64,000 nucleotides of DNA from an uncultured cyanobacterium (GCA_963710605.1 CAVQBA010000004.1:256001-320000), one strand, 5' to 3'; shown: positions 45,906-58,938, counted from the stretch's first letter. Translations and numbers: made by a program. Notes: generated by a model not told the origin, from the sequence alone.

Positions 45906-46520
45906 TTGACTAATTCTCCTCCTTACTGGCAAGATGCGATCGCTCATCTGAGTAAAAACGATCGTATTATGGCTGAGTTAATTCAAAAGTATCCTCAAGA
46001 AAAATTAACTTGTTTAGGTAATCCTTTTCAAACATTAATTAGAGCAGTAATCGGGCAACAAGTTTCGGTTAAATCGGCTGAATCTAGTTGGCAAAAACTT
46101 AAACAAAAACTAGTTAAAATTACACCCAACGATTTTTTTAATTTGACAGAAGAAGAATTGATTCAATGTGGTTTAACAAGACAAAAACGAGCTTATCTTA
46201 AAAACATAGCTAACGCTTTTGAGCAAAGTGTCTTAACTCCGAATCAATGGCAAGAAATGAACGATGAAGAAGTTATTAAGCAATTAGTCCAAATAAAAGG
46301 AATTGGTCCTTGGACAGCACAAATGTTTTTGATTTTTTATTTGAACCGTGCTGATGTTTTTCCGATCGCTGATATTGGTATTATTAATGCTGTCAAACTC
46401 AATTATGGAGATTCTACTAAAGAACAAATTTTAACTCGCTCTTTGGATTGGAAGCCTTATCGTACTGTGGCTAGTTGGTATCTATGGTTGAGCTTAGATC
46501 CTTTAACTGTTCAATATTAA
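45906..46520 (+). CDS. DNA-3-methyladenine glycosylase (AlkA/HhH-GPD family)
   Basis: GQQVS, IKGIGPWTAQMF, DVFPIADIG, WKPYR. Confidence 0.9.
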   Translation: MTNSPPYWQDAIAHLSKNDRIMAELIQKYPQEKLTCLGNPFQTLIRAVIGQQVSVKSAESSWQKLKQKLVKITPNDFFNLTEEELIQCGLTRQKRAYLKNIANAFEQSVLTPNQWQEMNDEEVIKQLVQIKGIGPWTAQMFLIFYLNRADVFPIADIGIINAVKLNYGDSTKEQILTRSLDWKPYRTVASWYLWLSLDPLTVQY

Positions 46521-46673
46521 ATTTTAGCAAGTATAATTGTATTAATGTTTTCTATTTGATTTTATGATGGTTGGAGTTTAATTTATTAAACGGTATCTAT
46601 TAGCCTTGTAATTTATTGCAAGGTGGGGTAAATATTCAAGTTTTAGATTTGATGAAAAATAAACAAAATATAT

Positions 46674-46739
46674 TAATAATATTTATTTCAAAATTTCCTG
46701 TTTAATTTTATAATGGTTGGAGTTTAATTAACCGCAGAG
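46674..46739 (+). repeat. Left arm of ~66-bp inverted repeat (partner 50461-50527)
   Basis: TAATAATATTTATTT..CTGTTT.ATTTTATAATGGTTGGAGTTT.ATTAACCGCAGAG, found reversed at 50461-50527. Confidence 0.8.
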
Positions 46740-46878
46740 GACGCAGAGTACGCAGAGAGTGTTTTTGAGATTGACGGCTATTTATCAAATATTTCTGGAC
46801 TAAGAGAGTGTTTTTGAGGACGTAACTGTTTGTTGTCTAAAATATTAATTCAAACAAATATAACACGATTATGATAGT

Positions 46879-49800
46879 TCATTCTTCTGAATCTACTAAA
46901 CATTTAGAAACCGACTGCTCTTTATCTGGAGAAAAATGCTGGAATTTATATTCAGTTTCGATACTATTAGAAGCTTCTTCGTTTACTACTATTGCTAAGT
47001 AAACTTCTCTTTTAGGATCGCCATTTTCTTTAAATTGAAGCGAATCTCCTGATGTGTTTTCTGGTTTCAGGTTTAAAGATTTTAAATTATTCAATAATTC
47101 TTGTCTGGTAATATCAGCAGATAAAGACTTGATAAAAGCTTGTGTGGCATCAAAACTACTAGCTGTTCGCCAACTAATTTTTCCCCATCTTTTTAGTGCC
47201 TCTTTTGCATAATCACTTTCGTAATTGAGAACCCAAGGAACGACTATAATTAAGCCTTCAACCGCCGAGTTACCCTCAACTAAGGTGTAAGGATTCTCTA
47301 GTACATTATCACCTAATAATTTTAGTCTTTTGTCTGGTTCAAGATTCTCATTTGTTTGTGCTAAAGAAATAGCACCAGAAACGGTTTTGATACTGGGAAA
47401 TAAAAACAATACTTGTGAGCCAGATTGTAAACTGTTTTTTATTTCTAAATCGGCATTTATTCGATCGTTTGGATTCTTCAGCTCAATTGAGTTAGTTACA
47501 ATTCCTCCTAGCTGTTTGAATTCTTCTTGAAAATATTTTTTCAGCGTTCTACTATAGGAACTAGAATCATCATAAACTAACGTTCCTTTACTAAACCTTG
47601 TTGAGTCGCATGATTAGCTAGTTTTTTTCCCGATTCTAAGGTTGAAGCAATAATACGAAAAGCAATTCGACTATTTATTTCGGTGCTGGTGCTAGTGGGT
47701 AAAATCAGCGGTAATTCAGCTTCTTCGTATTTATCGATCGCCGCCGATGTCGCATTACTAGCATTATGTCCGACTACACCTAAAATACTCGTGTCTTCTA
47801 CTATTCGCTCGGCTATTTTTTTAGAAAGATTAGAGTTGTTTTCATCGTTAAAAATGATTACTTCTAACAACTTACCCTTCAAACCTCCTTTTTGATTAAA
47901 GTTAGTTTGGGCATCCGCTACGCCTTGTAACATTTCTTGTCCATTAGACGAATTGTTATTCACTGGAATGACGACGACTAATCTAAAAGGTGAACCGAAT
48001 AATCTAGCTTTAGCATTGTTTAAATAAATCTGATTTTCTGGGCTATTAGAATCATCCGCATTATCGATCGATTGTTCAAAAGATTTCATCGCTTGAATGT
48101 AATCTTCTTTTTTAAAGGCATTCATTCCCTTATTTAGATCGGGGTTAGAATTGTTTGCTAATAATGAATTTTCGCCGCTACTATAGACAAGAGTGCAATT
48201 ATTATTTAGTTTCATTTCGCCGATCGCACAACTTCTAAACTGTTTCCATAATTGATATCCTCCTAAAATAGCAAAAACTGTAATAATAGTTCCTGCAAAA
48301 AAAGACTTCTTCAAACGATCGGTATTTTTCTTTTTTTCTCGTTTTAATTGTTTTTCGCTTTCTTGTAAAAAAGTACGATCGATTTCACTCAAGTTTTTTC
48401 CTTCTGCCCAATCTATAGCTTCTTTAAAAGCATCTCCTCTTAATAGTTGTGATTTATCTTGAGAGTTAGACTTCTGCCAAGCTTCTAAAAATGGAGCATA
48501 AGGGCATAATTTACTTAGTTCTTTTTGTACCCAAACTAGATTGAAAATTTGCTGGTAAATAGGGTTATAAACTTTAATCACCGAACCGTTTCGATCTAAG
48601 TTAGTTACTTTTCTTACCAAACCAGATAATCTTAGCTCTAATTGTTCGGGGCTATTATCCGCAGGTATTTGTCGCCGTTGCCAAATTTGTTGGTATATAC
48701 TTAATAAATTAGAACTTGAGTCATGTTTACTCAATATTCTTTCTCTGATGGTTCGTAAGTGTTGGGGTTGATTTTGTGTTTCCCAGTTGTTGACGATTGA
48801 GTTTATCACTAATTGCGTTACCAAAGATTGGTCATTTGTTGAGGAAGACAAGTTTTCATCTGCTTGTTGTTGAATCAATAATTGACATAGTTTTTGAGTT
48901 AAAAAAGGCTGTCCTCCCGTCCATTGAAGAATTTCTTTGATTGTCGCAGGAGAATTTTCTACGTATCCCTCTAATCCTTGAGTTAAAGACTTAACTTCAT
49001 CAAATTGAAAACCATTAAGTTCGATCGCTTTACCAATATTAAAAGGAGTTCGGTTTTTATCTTGAATTAAATCTGAAGGGGTAGTTACTCCAAATAAAGC
49101 AAAAACAAGACGATTGAATGCTGGTTTTTCTGCTCTTTGGTTATAACAAGAGCGAATCAAAGCAAAGAAATCAATCATTTCAGGATATTCAAATAACCTT
49201 TCTATTTGATTGAAAGCCAAAACTAAAGCATTGTCTATTTTAGGTAATAAATAGCTTTGAAAATAGATTTTACAGCTAGTCATACTGCTTCTGTTTTTAT
49301 ATTGCTCCCATTTATCTTCTAGCCCCAAATTAGAGGTTATTTTTAAACATAAGGATTCTAAAAAAAGATCTAAATCAGTGAAACTTTTTCGATTGATTGT
49401 TCTTAAACTAATACGTACTGTCTGATAATTTTGTTGTTTTGCTTTGGTAATAATTCGTCTTAATAAAGAAGTTTTTCCCATTCTAGCAGGTGCTTTGATG
49501 CGAATAAGACAACCTGAAGAGCGTGATATTTCTTGATAACAAAGTTCTTCTAAAGGCGATCGATTAATATAAAATGATGAATCTGAAGAAAGCGATCGAG
49601 TAGGAAATTCTATATTGAGATTTTGGCTTTGATTTATCTTCTGCTCACATCGCTCTAAAGCTTGCCTAAAGTCTGTTTTACTCACTTTTTCTCCTAAAGC
49701 TTGAGAAAGTTTTTTGAACAATTTAGAGCCAATATCTCGTTGTATATGATTAACAGAATAACCTGCCTCTTCAGCTATCTGGTAATACTTTTTTCCGTGC

Positions 49801-49910
49801 CAAGCTCCCATTAAGACAATATTTTCTAAATCTGTCAAATGTTTTCCGCTCTTTTCATAGACAGTTGTATCGACAATCTTGAATGCTTCTTGGAAATCCA
49901 TTTTTATCAA
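46879..49910 (-). pseudogene. HTH + AAA_35-type NTPase + TM + ABC-type ligand-binding domain protein; one frameshift near 47580
   Basis: N-terminal W.G.KY.QIAE..GYS HTH, APARMGKTS, WTGGQPFLTQKLC, TM segment, GVVGHNAS binding domain continuing VYDDSSSYS in the frame of 46879..47409. Confidence 0.8.
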
Positions 49911-49918
49911 TTAACAAT

Positions 49919-50031
49919 TATAGTTGTTTGAATTAAGTTTGAGACAGTATAAATAATAGTGGAAATACGAACCTTTAACCCGCCTTACAATGAATTGACA
50001 AGGCTCATAAAATTCGTTTAATAAATTAAAC
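49919..50031 (-). mobile_element. MITE family B partial copy
   Basis: One TIR TATAGTTGTTTGAATTAAGTTTGAGACAG plus the GTTTAAT..ATTAAAC core. Confidence 0.65.
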
Positions 50032-50351
50032 TTTTTTTTAATCTTCTAGCTTATAGCTTACAGCTTTTTGAATAATCAATTACTTACTTTTCCCTACCTT
50101 CTGATTTTTTTTGGCAACTATTCCTTACCTTTTCCTATTGTTTGAAAATTATTCTTAGGTCAAACTATTAATAGATAAGTTATTAAAATTAAGACAAATT
50201 AGAATTCATTTAATAAACTAAATGTTTTTACTACTAATATATATTTTTTATTAGCTTTTTTTACTATTACTAAAATTAACTTTATTAATAACTATAACAA
50301 AAGAATAAAGTCTAATTTTAAAGTTAAAAAGCCGATCGATATTATTTACTT

Positions 50352-50453
50352 CTATAGTAGTAAACGAGTTGTTTTAAACAGTTGAATCTAGTTCCCCTTC
50401 CTTTGAAGGAGGGGTTAGGGGTGGTTGATATGTCTGTAGATTAATGTTTTAAC
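50352..50453. repeat. Repeat family A copy
   Basis: CTATAGTAGTAAACGAGTTGTTTTAAACAGTTGAATC..AAGGAGGGGTTAGGGGTGG, nearly identical to 58939-59013. Confidence 0.75.
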
Positions 50454-50552
50454 TAACACTCTCTGCGGTTAATAAAACTCCAACCATTATAAAATCAAAC
50501 AGAGAATTCACAAAATAAATATTATTACTATCAAAATAAGGAGAAAATACTC

Positions 50553-52159
50553 ATGTTTCTAACCAAACGTACCATCAAAATTATTTCTTATATACTCTTA
50601 GGTTTCTTCTCTAGTATATGTTTTTTTTGGGGAAGTAATACATTAGCTCAAAATATATCATCTCCTTTTTATTGGGAATATATCAACGTTAATATTGATG
50701 TTCAAGACAATGGAGATATGCTGATAAATGAAAGCCAAAAATATGTTTTTACTCAAGCACATTCTAACGAACGTTATCGTTATATTCCTTTAAATAAAGT
50801 CGATCGAATTACCGATGTGGAAGTTTTTGAAGACGATAAATCATTACCAATCGAAACAGGAATTAAAAACAATCAAATGTGGATTAGTTGGAAAAATTCC
50901 TTAAATCCGCCCGAAGAGCATATTTTTGAAATTAAATATCGAGTTGTTGGTGGATTACATATATACGACGATCGAGGAGATCGAAGTTTATTGGCAAGCA
51001 GTATTTAGCTCTCGTAATGCACCGATTCAAAAATCAACTGTAACTGTAATATTACCTGAATCTGTATCTAATCAAATTATGCACTTTCAAAGTTTTGGCG
51101 TACCAACTTCCTCCGAAAAAATTGATTCTCGCACAGTACGTTATATTGCCAAAGATGCACTACAACCGCGAGAAAAAATGGAAGTAGAAATTATTTTTCC
51201 TCATGGAATTATTCAAACCCAACCCGCTAATTGGCAAGTCACTCAAGAGAGAAATCGTCAAAGAAGGGAACAACAAAGAAGAATTGAGAATGAAAGTGCA
51301 ATACATAAGAAGTACTCCTATATATATTAAAAAAACAGCTCGTTATGTATATTTAACTATTGGTAGTCTTGCCTTCACATTGATTGTTCATTGTTTAATT
51401 TAATTAATTCCCGAAAACCAATTTCGATCGAACCTGTAGGAGTTACCAATCAATCTTTGAAAAATTTCGATAAAAGTACTTCTATTTTATTTTTTCTAAG
51501 TTCTTGTAGCCAAGTACTAGCTGTGTTTTTTGAATTTGTCAGCAGTCTTATCTTTATATGGAATTGGAATTCTGTACACTACTACTCACACACTTTGGAT
51601 AGCTTTTATACTTTTGGTTATCGTTGCTTTTGTCTATTCTCACAGGGTTACAAAACATTGGTATAAATTCTATGAACGATCGTGTAAATGCTCTGGTTGC
51701 CAAAAAAAGATGACTGAGCTTAATGTTCCAGTATCGACTATTTTATCTCAACGAAGCTCAACAAGTTGCTAAAAATTTAAACAGTACTTATTTTCGAGTT
51801 TGGCAATGTTCTAATTGCGATTTAAGTAATTATTATTATTCTCAACACGAAGTTCATATTCGTGCTTATAGACTGATGATAAGTCAGGCTATACTGAATG
51901 TCCTAATTGCCAAGAAATGACCATTATACTCCAGACTAGAGTTCTTGAGCAAGCAACCACTAGTTATTCTGGACGACGATTAATGATCTACAGTTGTCGC
52001 TGCCTCTCTTGTGATTATCGCCACGAGGAAACGACAACTATACCTCGAATTCAGGAGAGTAGTAGTAGTGTGTATAGTGGTAGTGGTAGTAGCGATAGCG
52101 GTAGTAGTAGTTGTGATAGTGGTGGAGGTGACGGCGGTGGTGGCGGTGGTGGTGGCTAA
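50553..52159 (+). pseudogene. DUF2207-like membrane protein with CxxC-rich and Gly/Ser tail, several frameshifts
   Basis: FYWEYINV.I.V..NGDM.I.E, YRVVGGL..VYW.A; CSGC, CSNC, CPNC and CLSC motifs; SGGGDGGGGGGG end. Confidence 0.7.
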
Positions 52160-53860
52160 AACTTTTCTTCTTCTGTATTAAATATGTATTTGTTTTGCCG
52201 TTGAATTTCGGCATCTAAAAAACTTAATGCTATATTTAAAGCCGAACTACAAGTGGGTAAAAAATTCTGTTTGGGTAATGTTTTATATATACGAAACCGC
52301 TCTAATCTTTCCTTCACCTGTCCTGTTGCCCCCACAATCAAAATTTTACCCTGCCCTTGACGACGGGCTGTTTTAATTTCACTTTCGATCGTCATTGCTG
52401 CGGTTACACCTACTAATGGTACATTGGTTAAATCTAAAATCAAAACATCAAAATTTTGCCCCATATGAAAGGCGATCGTTCTGGCTGCTCCATAACTCAT
52501 CGGACCTGTCATATGAATTAAGATAATTTTTCCTTTTTCCTGAGCCTGACGTAAAAGTTGGCATTCAGGTGGCGTTAATTCTGCTATCGGCTTGTCATTA
52601 GCACTCGTAATTGCTTGAACTCGATCGACTTGAAGACTAGTCAAACGATGAATCGTGAGAATATTAGCGACAAATGCTCCGACAACAACAGCCGTAACAA
52701 GATCGACAAATACGGTCAGAAATAATACTCCATATGTAACTAGTGTCGCTCGCATCGATACCTGACAGATACGCCACAAAAAACTCCAGTCGATAATTTT
52801 AATCCCTACTTGAATTAAAATTCCAGCTAGTACAGCATGGGGAATTTGAGCGGTAATGTCTCCTGCCCATAGTACAATGCAAAGCAAAATCAGAGCATGA
52901 AACATCCCTGATAAAGGAGTGCTTCCTCCTGCTTGTACATTAATAACTGTACGCATTGTTGCTCCCGCACCTGGAAGCCCACCAAATAATCCAGAAATTA
53001 AATTACCAATTCCTTGACCGATTAATTCTTGCTCCGAATCGTGTCGAGTACGAGTAATATTATCAGCAACTAAAGAAGTTAATAACGAATCGATTGCCCC
53101 AAGAGTAGCCAGCATAAAAGCATAACTAACAATATCTCTAATTTGTGCTAGATTTAGTTGAGGTAACTGTAGCTGAGGAAATCCTTGAGGAATATTACCA
53201 ATACGAGCCACATCGCTATTAGGGAAGACTAAAATTGAAATCAAAGTACAAATAATTAGTGCCAGTAAAGGTGAGGGAACAATTTTAGCTAGTTTTCCCG
53301 ACCAACCAAAGACGATCGCCAGAGTCAAAACTCCTATTCCTGCGGCGATAGAGTGAGGATTTGCCAGACGCTTCTGGTAATTGCTGTAAAACTTCTAAGA
53401 CACTACTTTGAGCTGGATGACCTAATAAAGGTGCAAGTTGCAGTATAACAATAATTACCCCAATACCAGACATGAAGCCAGACACCACGGTATAAGGCAT
53501 CAAAGTAATAAATTGTCCTAAGCGTAAAATACCAAATAAAATTTGGAATATACCACCAAGCATTACTGCTGTAAAAGCCATAGCCATTCCACTTTCAGGG
53601 TTGTCGGCGATGAGCTTTGTAAAGACAGTAGCCATCACGACAGTCATTGGTCCAGTCGGACCAGTTACCTGAGAGGGTGTTCCTCCAAACAAAGCGGCAA
53701 AAAAACCAGTGAAAATAGCTCCGTAAAGTCCTGCGATCGCTCCTGCTCCTGAAGCTACCCCAAAAGCTAAGGCTAAGGGTAATGCAACTATTGAAGCGGT
53801 TAATCCACCAAATAAATCCCCTTTAAGGTTATCTAATTTTAAGCGGTTAACTAGTTCCAT
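52156..53860 (-). pseudogene. SulP/BicA-family anion transporter, frameshift near 53369
   Basis: GDLFGGLTA.IVALPLALAFG, GPTGPM, PGAGATMRT, STAS domain. Confidence 0.9.
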
Positions 53861-54564
53861 GATGTCTTACAGGTAATAAATTTAGTTATTTTCTTCTTAG
53901 ATACCAATCGACACAAAGCGATCGTGAAGACTATATTAGTTTTGTTAATTACTTTTGTCACACTAAAAAATAGTTTTAAGAAAAAACATTTTATTGTTAA
54001 AATTTTAAAAATAAAGTATAGATATTCAAAATATTTCTATTTTAAATAAAGAGACTTTTTATTCTGTATTAATTTTAACTGATTAATATTTACTTTATAA
54101 ACTTAAAAATATTCAAAAACTCAACTCATAAACAAATCTTAACGTTTTTCGATAGCTTTTGAAGAAGACTGGACTTTAGTTGTTATGTATTTGATAATAC
54201 ATTTGACTATAAATATTTAGATTAAATTTAATTATTAATTAGTCTTTGAACTAAGAATAATAATTTTGATAGTGTGTATATATATTTTACATAATAGTTA
54301 TGTTTTATCTAAATAATTAACGATAATTTCGATTGATTAATTAAAAATATTATAATCTATCAAATACATTTAAAAAGATAAAATAAGTAACTATTTAATT
54401 GGTATTTTTTGGTTGAGTAATTATATATATATTGAAAACTAATGATTTATTTTTAGCGAAAAAAGTGTATTTTAGTTATATAAAAAAACATAGCTATAAT
54501 CACTATTTACTCTTAAAAAACACAAATATTAGAAAGTCTTTAGCAAATATTTAGGAGTTACATT

Positions 54565-55992
54565 ATGTCGTCAAATAGTCAAGTTAAGATTGATAATCAC
54601 CACAACAATGATAATGGTCAGACAAGAATAGATGACGATTGACAACTTACTCATTCACAACTCTATCTTTGTGCGGTAATTATCGGTATCTTTGGTGGCA
54701 TGGTTGCTACTATTTACTACTTTGTCTTAGAAGCTATGATGCACGGTGTATGGCATACCTTACCTGAAATTTTCAAACCTTATTTTCCTAGTTGGTTTGG
54801 AGTGAATAATTATGTTTTGATAGCTACTACCGTGGGCGGATTTTTGGTCGGTTTAGCTCTTTATTTTTTTGGACTTCCTGGAGAAATGGCTGAAGTAGTC
54901 GATAATATTCACGAGCCAGGTAAAATTGATATTCGTAAAACGCCATCGATGATTGTTACCTCTCTAATTGCGATAACATCTGGCGGAAGTGCAGGTCCTG
55001 AAGCACCCTTAGTTCAAGTCAACGGCAGTTTTGGTAGCTGGTTGGGCGATAAATTAAAACTTACTAAAACTTCAGTCAGAATTCTCACTTTTTGTGGAAT
55101 GAGTGCGGCTTTAGGTGCTTTTTTTGGGGCACCTATTGGGGCGGCTTTATTTGCCTTAGAAATTCCTCATCGCCGAGGTTTACAATATTTTGAAGCGATT
55201 GCTCCTGCTATTATTGCCGCTATATTTTCCTTTACTGTATTTAGACTGAATACGGGTATAACAATCGGTGGTTTATATCATTTTCAAGAAGTTCCCGAAC
55301 TTTCTCCAGAAAACTTATTTGAGGGCTTAATTTTAGGCATAATTGGTGCAGGAATAGCGATCGTATTTATTGTTATCTTTCGACTTATTGGTAAGCTACT
55401 CAAACCTTTAGAACACAATCGAGTTGTTTTGGCAACCATAGGTGGTTTATCGATCGGCTTAATTGCTTTTGCTTTTCCTCAAACTTTATTTTTTAGCGAA
55501 ACACAGATTCAAACTGTTATTGAAACAGGTGCTGGTTTGGGTGCTGGTTTATTGTTAGCGATCGCTATTGCCAAAATGTTTGCGATTAGCTTTACTCTTC
55601 ATTCGGGATTTTTAGGAGGTTTTATCTTTCCATTATTTTTTATCGGTGCGAATGTCGGTTATGCTATTTCTTTGGTAGTACCTCAAGTTCATCCTACTGT
55701 AGGTATGGTTTGTATGATGGCGGCAGTAAACGTAGCAGTAACTAAAACGCCAGTTAGTACCAGTATTATCCTTAGCGTGCTTTCAGGTACGGTAATGTTA
55801 CCAGTAATTGCGATCGCCTCTTTTGTTAGTTTTGTTTTGACTAGTCAAGTTACGATGATTAAAACCCAAAGAAGTCGTGATTTAAAAGAAGTCGATTCTT
55901 CTGATTTAATTATGAAACAAGTAATATTAGTTAAAGAAAATGAAACTATATTTCCTATCTTAAAAAAACTGAAACAATTAGTAAATATCTAA
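54565..55992 (+). pseudogene. ClC-family chloride channel protein with in-frame TGA at 54640
   Basis: AGGAG RBS before ATG 54565, in frame with the 54700 ORF; GSAGPEAP and GGFIFP motifs. Confidence 0.85.
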
Positions 55993-56070
55993 CTTCATCT
56001 GATCTGAATTAGGTTTCGACGTTTCTATCTAGTTATCAAGCTTTTTGTTTGATGAGAAAAAACTTTCAAT

Positions 56071-57058
56071 TCAACTTAAACTTACAACATTATCTAATAA
56101 AATATTTACAGCTTTTACGATTATATCTGGTTCATCTACCCAAACAAAATGACTACTCAAACTAGCTTCTAATTGAAGACTATTTGTAGATAAACTACAT
56201 AATTCTCTGTGCATTTTGTCTCGTAACTTATTAACTGTTTTTAAAGGAACTAAAAAAGTCCAAAAAGAAGGATGAAAAAACGATTTTGATTTGATGTTAA
56301 CGATCGCTATATTTCCTAAATTTTTAACCTGACTCACTTGACGACCACTTTTATTTAAATTAATTATTTCTCTACTCATAGTTATCCAATGTTTGGGACG
56401 AAAAAAAGAACGCTTAATTGGATTAGTACAAGAATGAGAAAACAGCTTTAATTGAGGTTTTAATAATTCAAATAATCCTAACTTTTCAGTTATTCTAATA
56501 ATTCCTAAAATCGAACCTAAAATAGAGATTAAAAAACCCGAAGTAAATAAAAATTTTAATCCTTTCACTAACCAGGGTAAATTAAGCATTTCATTTTCAT
56601 GAAGTCCATCGGTGAAGACAATTCCGACGACGTTTTCAGGAAAAAGATTAGCGTATAATCTGACATTATAACTACCAAAAGAATCTCCCACCAAAATATA
56701 AGGTGGTTCAATTTCTGCTTTTATCAGTAATAGATTTAATTCTTGAGCAATTTGTTTACTTGTGCGGGGTTTATGACTATGACTACTCCAACCATATCCT
56801 GCTCGATCGTAAATCATCACTTTTGTCAGTTTGGATAATCGATCGACTAAAAGATAACCTTCCATTCCACCTAAACTATGATCTAAAATAATTGTTGGTT
56901 CACCAAAATGATTACTTCCTTTAAGACAGTAATGTAGTTGATGTTGATTAATATCAATTAACTTGACCGGGTGGTGGTTGTTTATCTTCTAAAAAAATTG
57001 TCAACCATTGGTAGATAGTTGTAGTAATTAAAATAATAGCTTGTATTGAAATAGGCAT
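56071..57058 (-). pseudogene. Alpha/beta hydrolase, frameshift near 56965
   Basis: ATG 57058, PPPG|LIDINQHQLHY, YDRAGYGWS, GDSFG. Confidence 0.85.
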
Positions 57059-57066
57059 AATTGAAG

Positions 57067-57648
57067 TTAAAAAGTTCTTTCCCACCAAGGTTTTTGCAAA
57101 CTCGGATATAGTTTGGTTGCTTTGGTTATTAATTGAGCAACAATTTCAGCAGGAAATAACCTACCATCAAGAGTAATTACATTTTCTTTTGCTGTAATAG
57201 GTTCAAAAGATTCTAGTTGACTATTCAGCATTTCAGACTTCATATAATGATCCGATCTATACTCTAGTCTATGTTCTAAATCTTTTTTAGGTACGTCAAG
57301 CCAGACTAATTGTACTCGCGATGAAACGCTCAGTTGTTGGCGATAAGCAACTTTTAAAGCCGAACAAGTTACCACCGTTTCCAAATTACGATCGACTGCT
57401 CTTTGAATATCTTCTTGCATCCTTTTGAGCCATTGAGTACGATCGTCATCGTTTAAAGGTTGATGAGAGTGCATCTTGGTAATATTCGATAATGGATGTC
57501 GTCGATCGCCTTCATTAAAATCACATTCTAGTTTTTCAGCAAAAAGCCGACCAATAACTGTTTTTCCTGAACCCGAAACCCCGATAATTACCCACACTAA
57601 AGGGCATTCATTCTTCATCTTTCTTTTCAAAATATCAATAAGATTCAA
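57067..57648 (-). CDS. Gluconokinase (GntK/IdnK family)
   Basis: GVSGSGKT, EGD..HP..N..KM, PLNDDDR, CSALK. Confidence 0.92.
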   Translation of the reverse strand: MNLIDILKRKMKNECPLVWVIIGVSGSGKTVIGRLFAEKLECDFNEGDRRHPLSNITKMHSHQPLNDDDRTQWLKRMQEDIQRAVDRNLETVVTCSALKVAYRQQLSVSSRVQLVWLDVPKKDLEHRLEYRSDHYMKSEMLNSQLESFEPITAKENVITLDGRLFPAEIVAQLITKATKLYPSLQKPWWERTF

Positions 57649-57967
57649 TCATAACTCATCACATACGTTAAAGAATAATTACTAATTTAGCCAAAAATAT
57701 TAACTATATAACTCTACTTCTAAAATATTTAATTGATTTTATTCTCGGATTTAAAAATGAATAGATACGGGAAAATATCGATCGATAATAATGTAAAAAC
57801 AAAGCATACCTTGTCTTTACCAATAAACCATTAATTTTTGACTCATTAAAAACACAAAAATATAAATAATTAATTTAAATGAACAAAATTAGCCTAAATT
57901 CAATAGCACATTTGTCATGCTATATACTTGAGAAAAACCCTTTCAAATAAATAATTGATGTAAGATT

Positions 57968-58852
57968 ATGTTTGGAGCAAATCAATTTAAAACAGCGGCT
58001 CTTTTAGGGCTATTAAGTGGTATTTTAGTTTTGGGTGGTTATTGGGCAACAGGTACACCACAAGGAGCATTACTCGGATTAGCTTTTGCTACCGTGACTA
58101 GTTTTGGCTCTTGGTTTTTCTCAGACAAAATTGCCCTCGCTTCGTATAAAGCACAGCCTATTACTCGTGAACAAGCACCAGAATTATATGATCTGGTTGC
58201 TGACTTAGCACAAAAGGCTGATTTACCAATGCCTCAAGTTTGTCTTGTACCTACCAAAACTCCTAACGCTTTCGCTACAGGTAGAGATCCAAATCACGCC
58301 GCAGTAGCGGTAACCCAAGGAATTATGGAAATTTTAGATAAAGACGAGTTAGCAGGAGTGATTGCTCACGAGTTAACTCATGTTAAAAATCGTGATACTT
58401 TAACTCAAGCCGTTGCAGGTACATTAGGCGGGGCGATTACTTTTTTGGGTAGAATCCTTTCGTTTGGCACAATGTACGGCCCTGTTAGTCGAGATAATCG
58501 TCGAGGTGGAAATCCTTTAGGGGCATTGATTTTGGTTCTACTTGCACCTTTAGCGGCAACGATTATTCAAATGGCTATTTCTCGTACACGTGAGTTTTCA
58601 GCCGATCGAGGTTCAGCCGAAATTACGGGCAAACCATTAGCTTTAGCTAGTGCTTTAAAGAAATTAGAATCGATCGGTAAACAAATACCAATGAATAATA
58701 ATCCTGCTTTTGAACCATTATTAATTATGAATCCTTTTGCCGGTGGTTTGCAAAACTTGTTTCGTACTCATCCACCGACCGAAAACAGAGTACTTGAACT
58801 TCAGAAAATAGCTCAACAGTTACAATCTTCTGGTAACACACAGTTAACCTAA
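57968..58852 (+). CDS. htpX: Zinc metalloprotease HtpX
   Basis: PNAFATGR, HELTH, SRTREFSAD, THPP. Confidence 0.93.
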   Translation: MFGANQFKTAALLGLLSGILVLGGYWATGTPQGALLGLAFATVTSFGSWFFSDKIALASYKAQPITREQAPELYDLVADLAQKADLPMPQVCLVPTKTPNAFATGRDPNHAAVAVTQGIMEILDKDELAGVIAHELTHVKNRDTLTQAVAGTLGGAITFLGRILSFGTMYGPVSRDNRRGGNPLGALILVLLAPLAATIIQMAISRTREFSADRGSAEITGKPLALASALKKLESIGKQIPMNNNPAFEPLLIMNPFAGGLQNLFRTHPPTENRVLELQKIAQQLQSSGNTQLT

Positions 58853-58938
58853 TAAAAGTTAATTAATAATAAACGATCGTATTGACACAAGAAAAACAAG
58901 TAGGAAGCGGTTGAGTTTCAAAACGATCGATATCTAAA

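Noticed and set aside
53870..54560. Very AT-rich 700-bp spacer as an origin or ncRNA
   Set aside because: No DnaA-box array, iterons or stable hairpin seen; fits a divergent promoter region.
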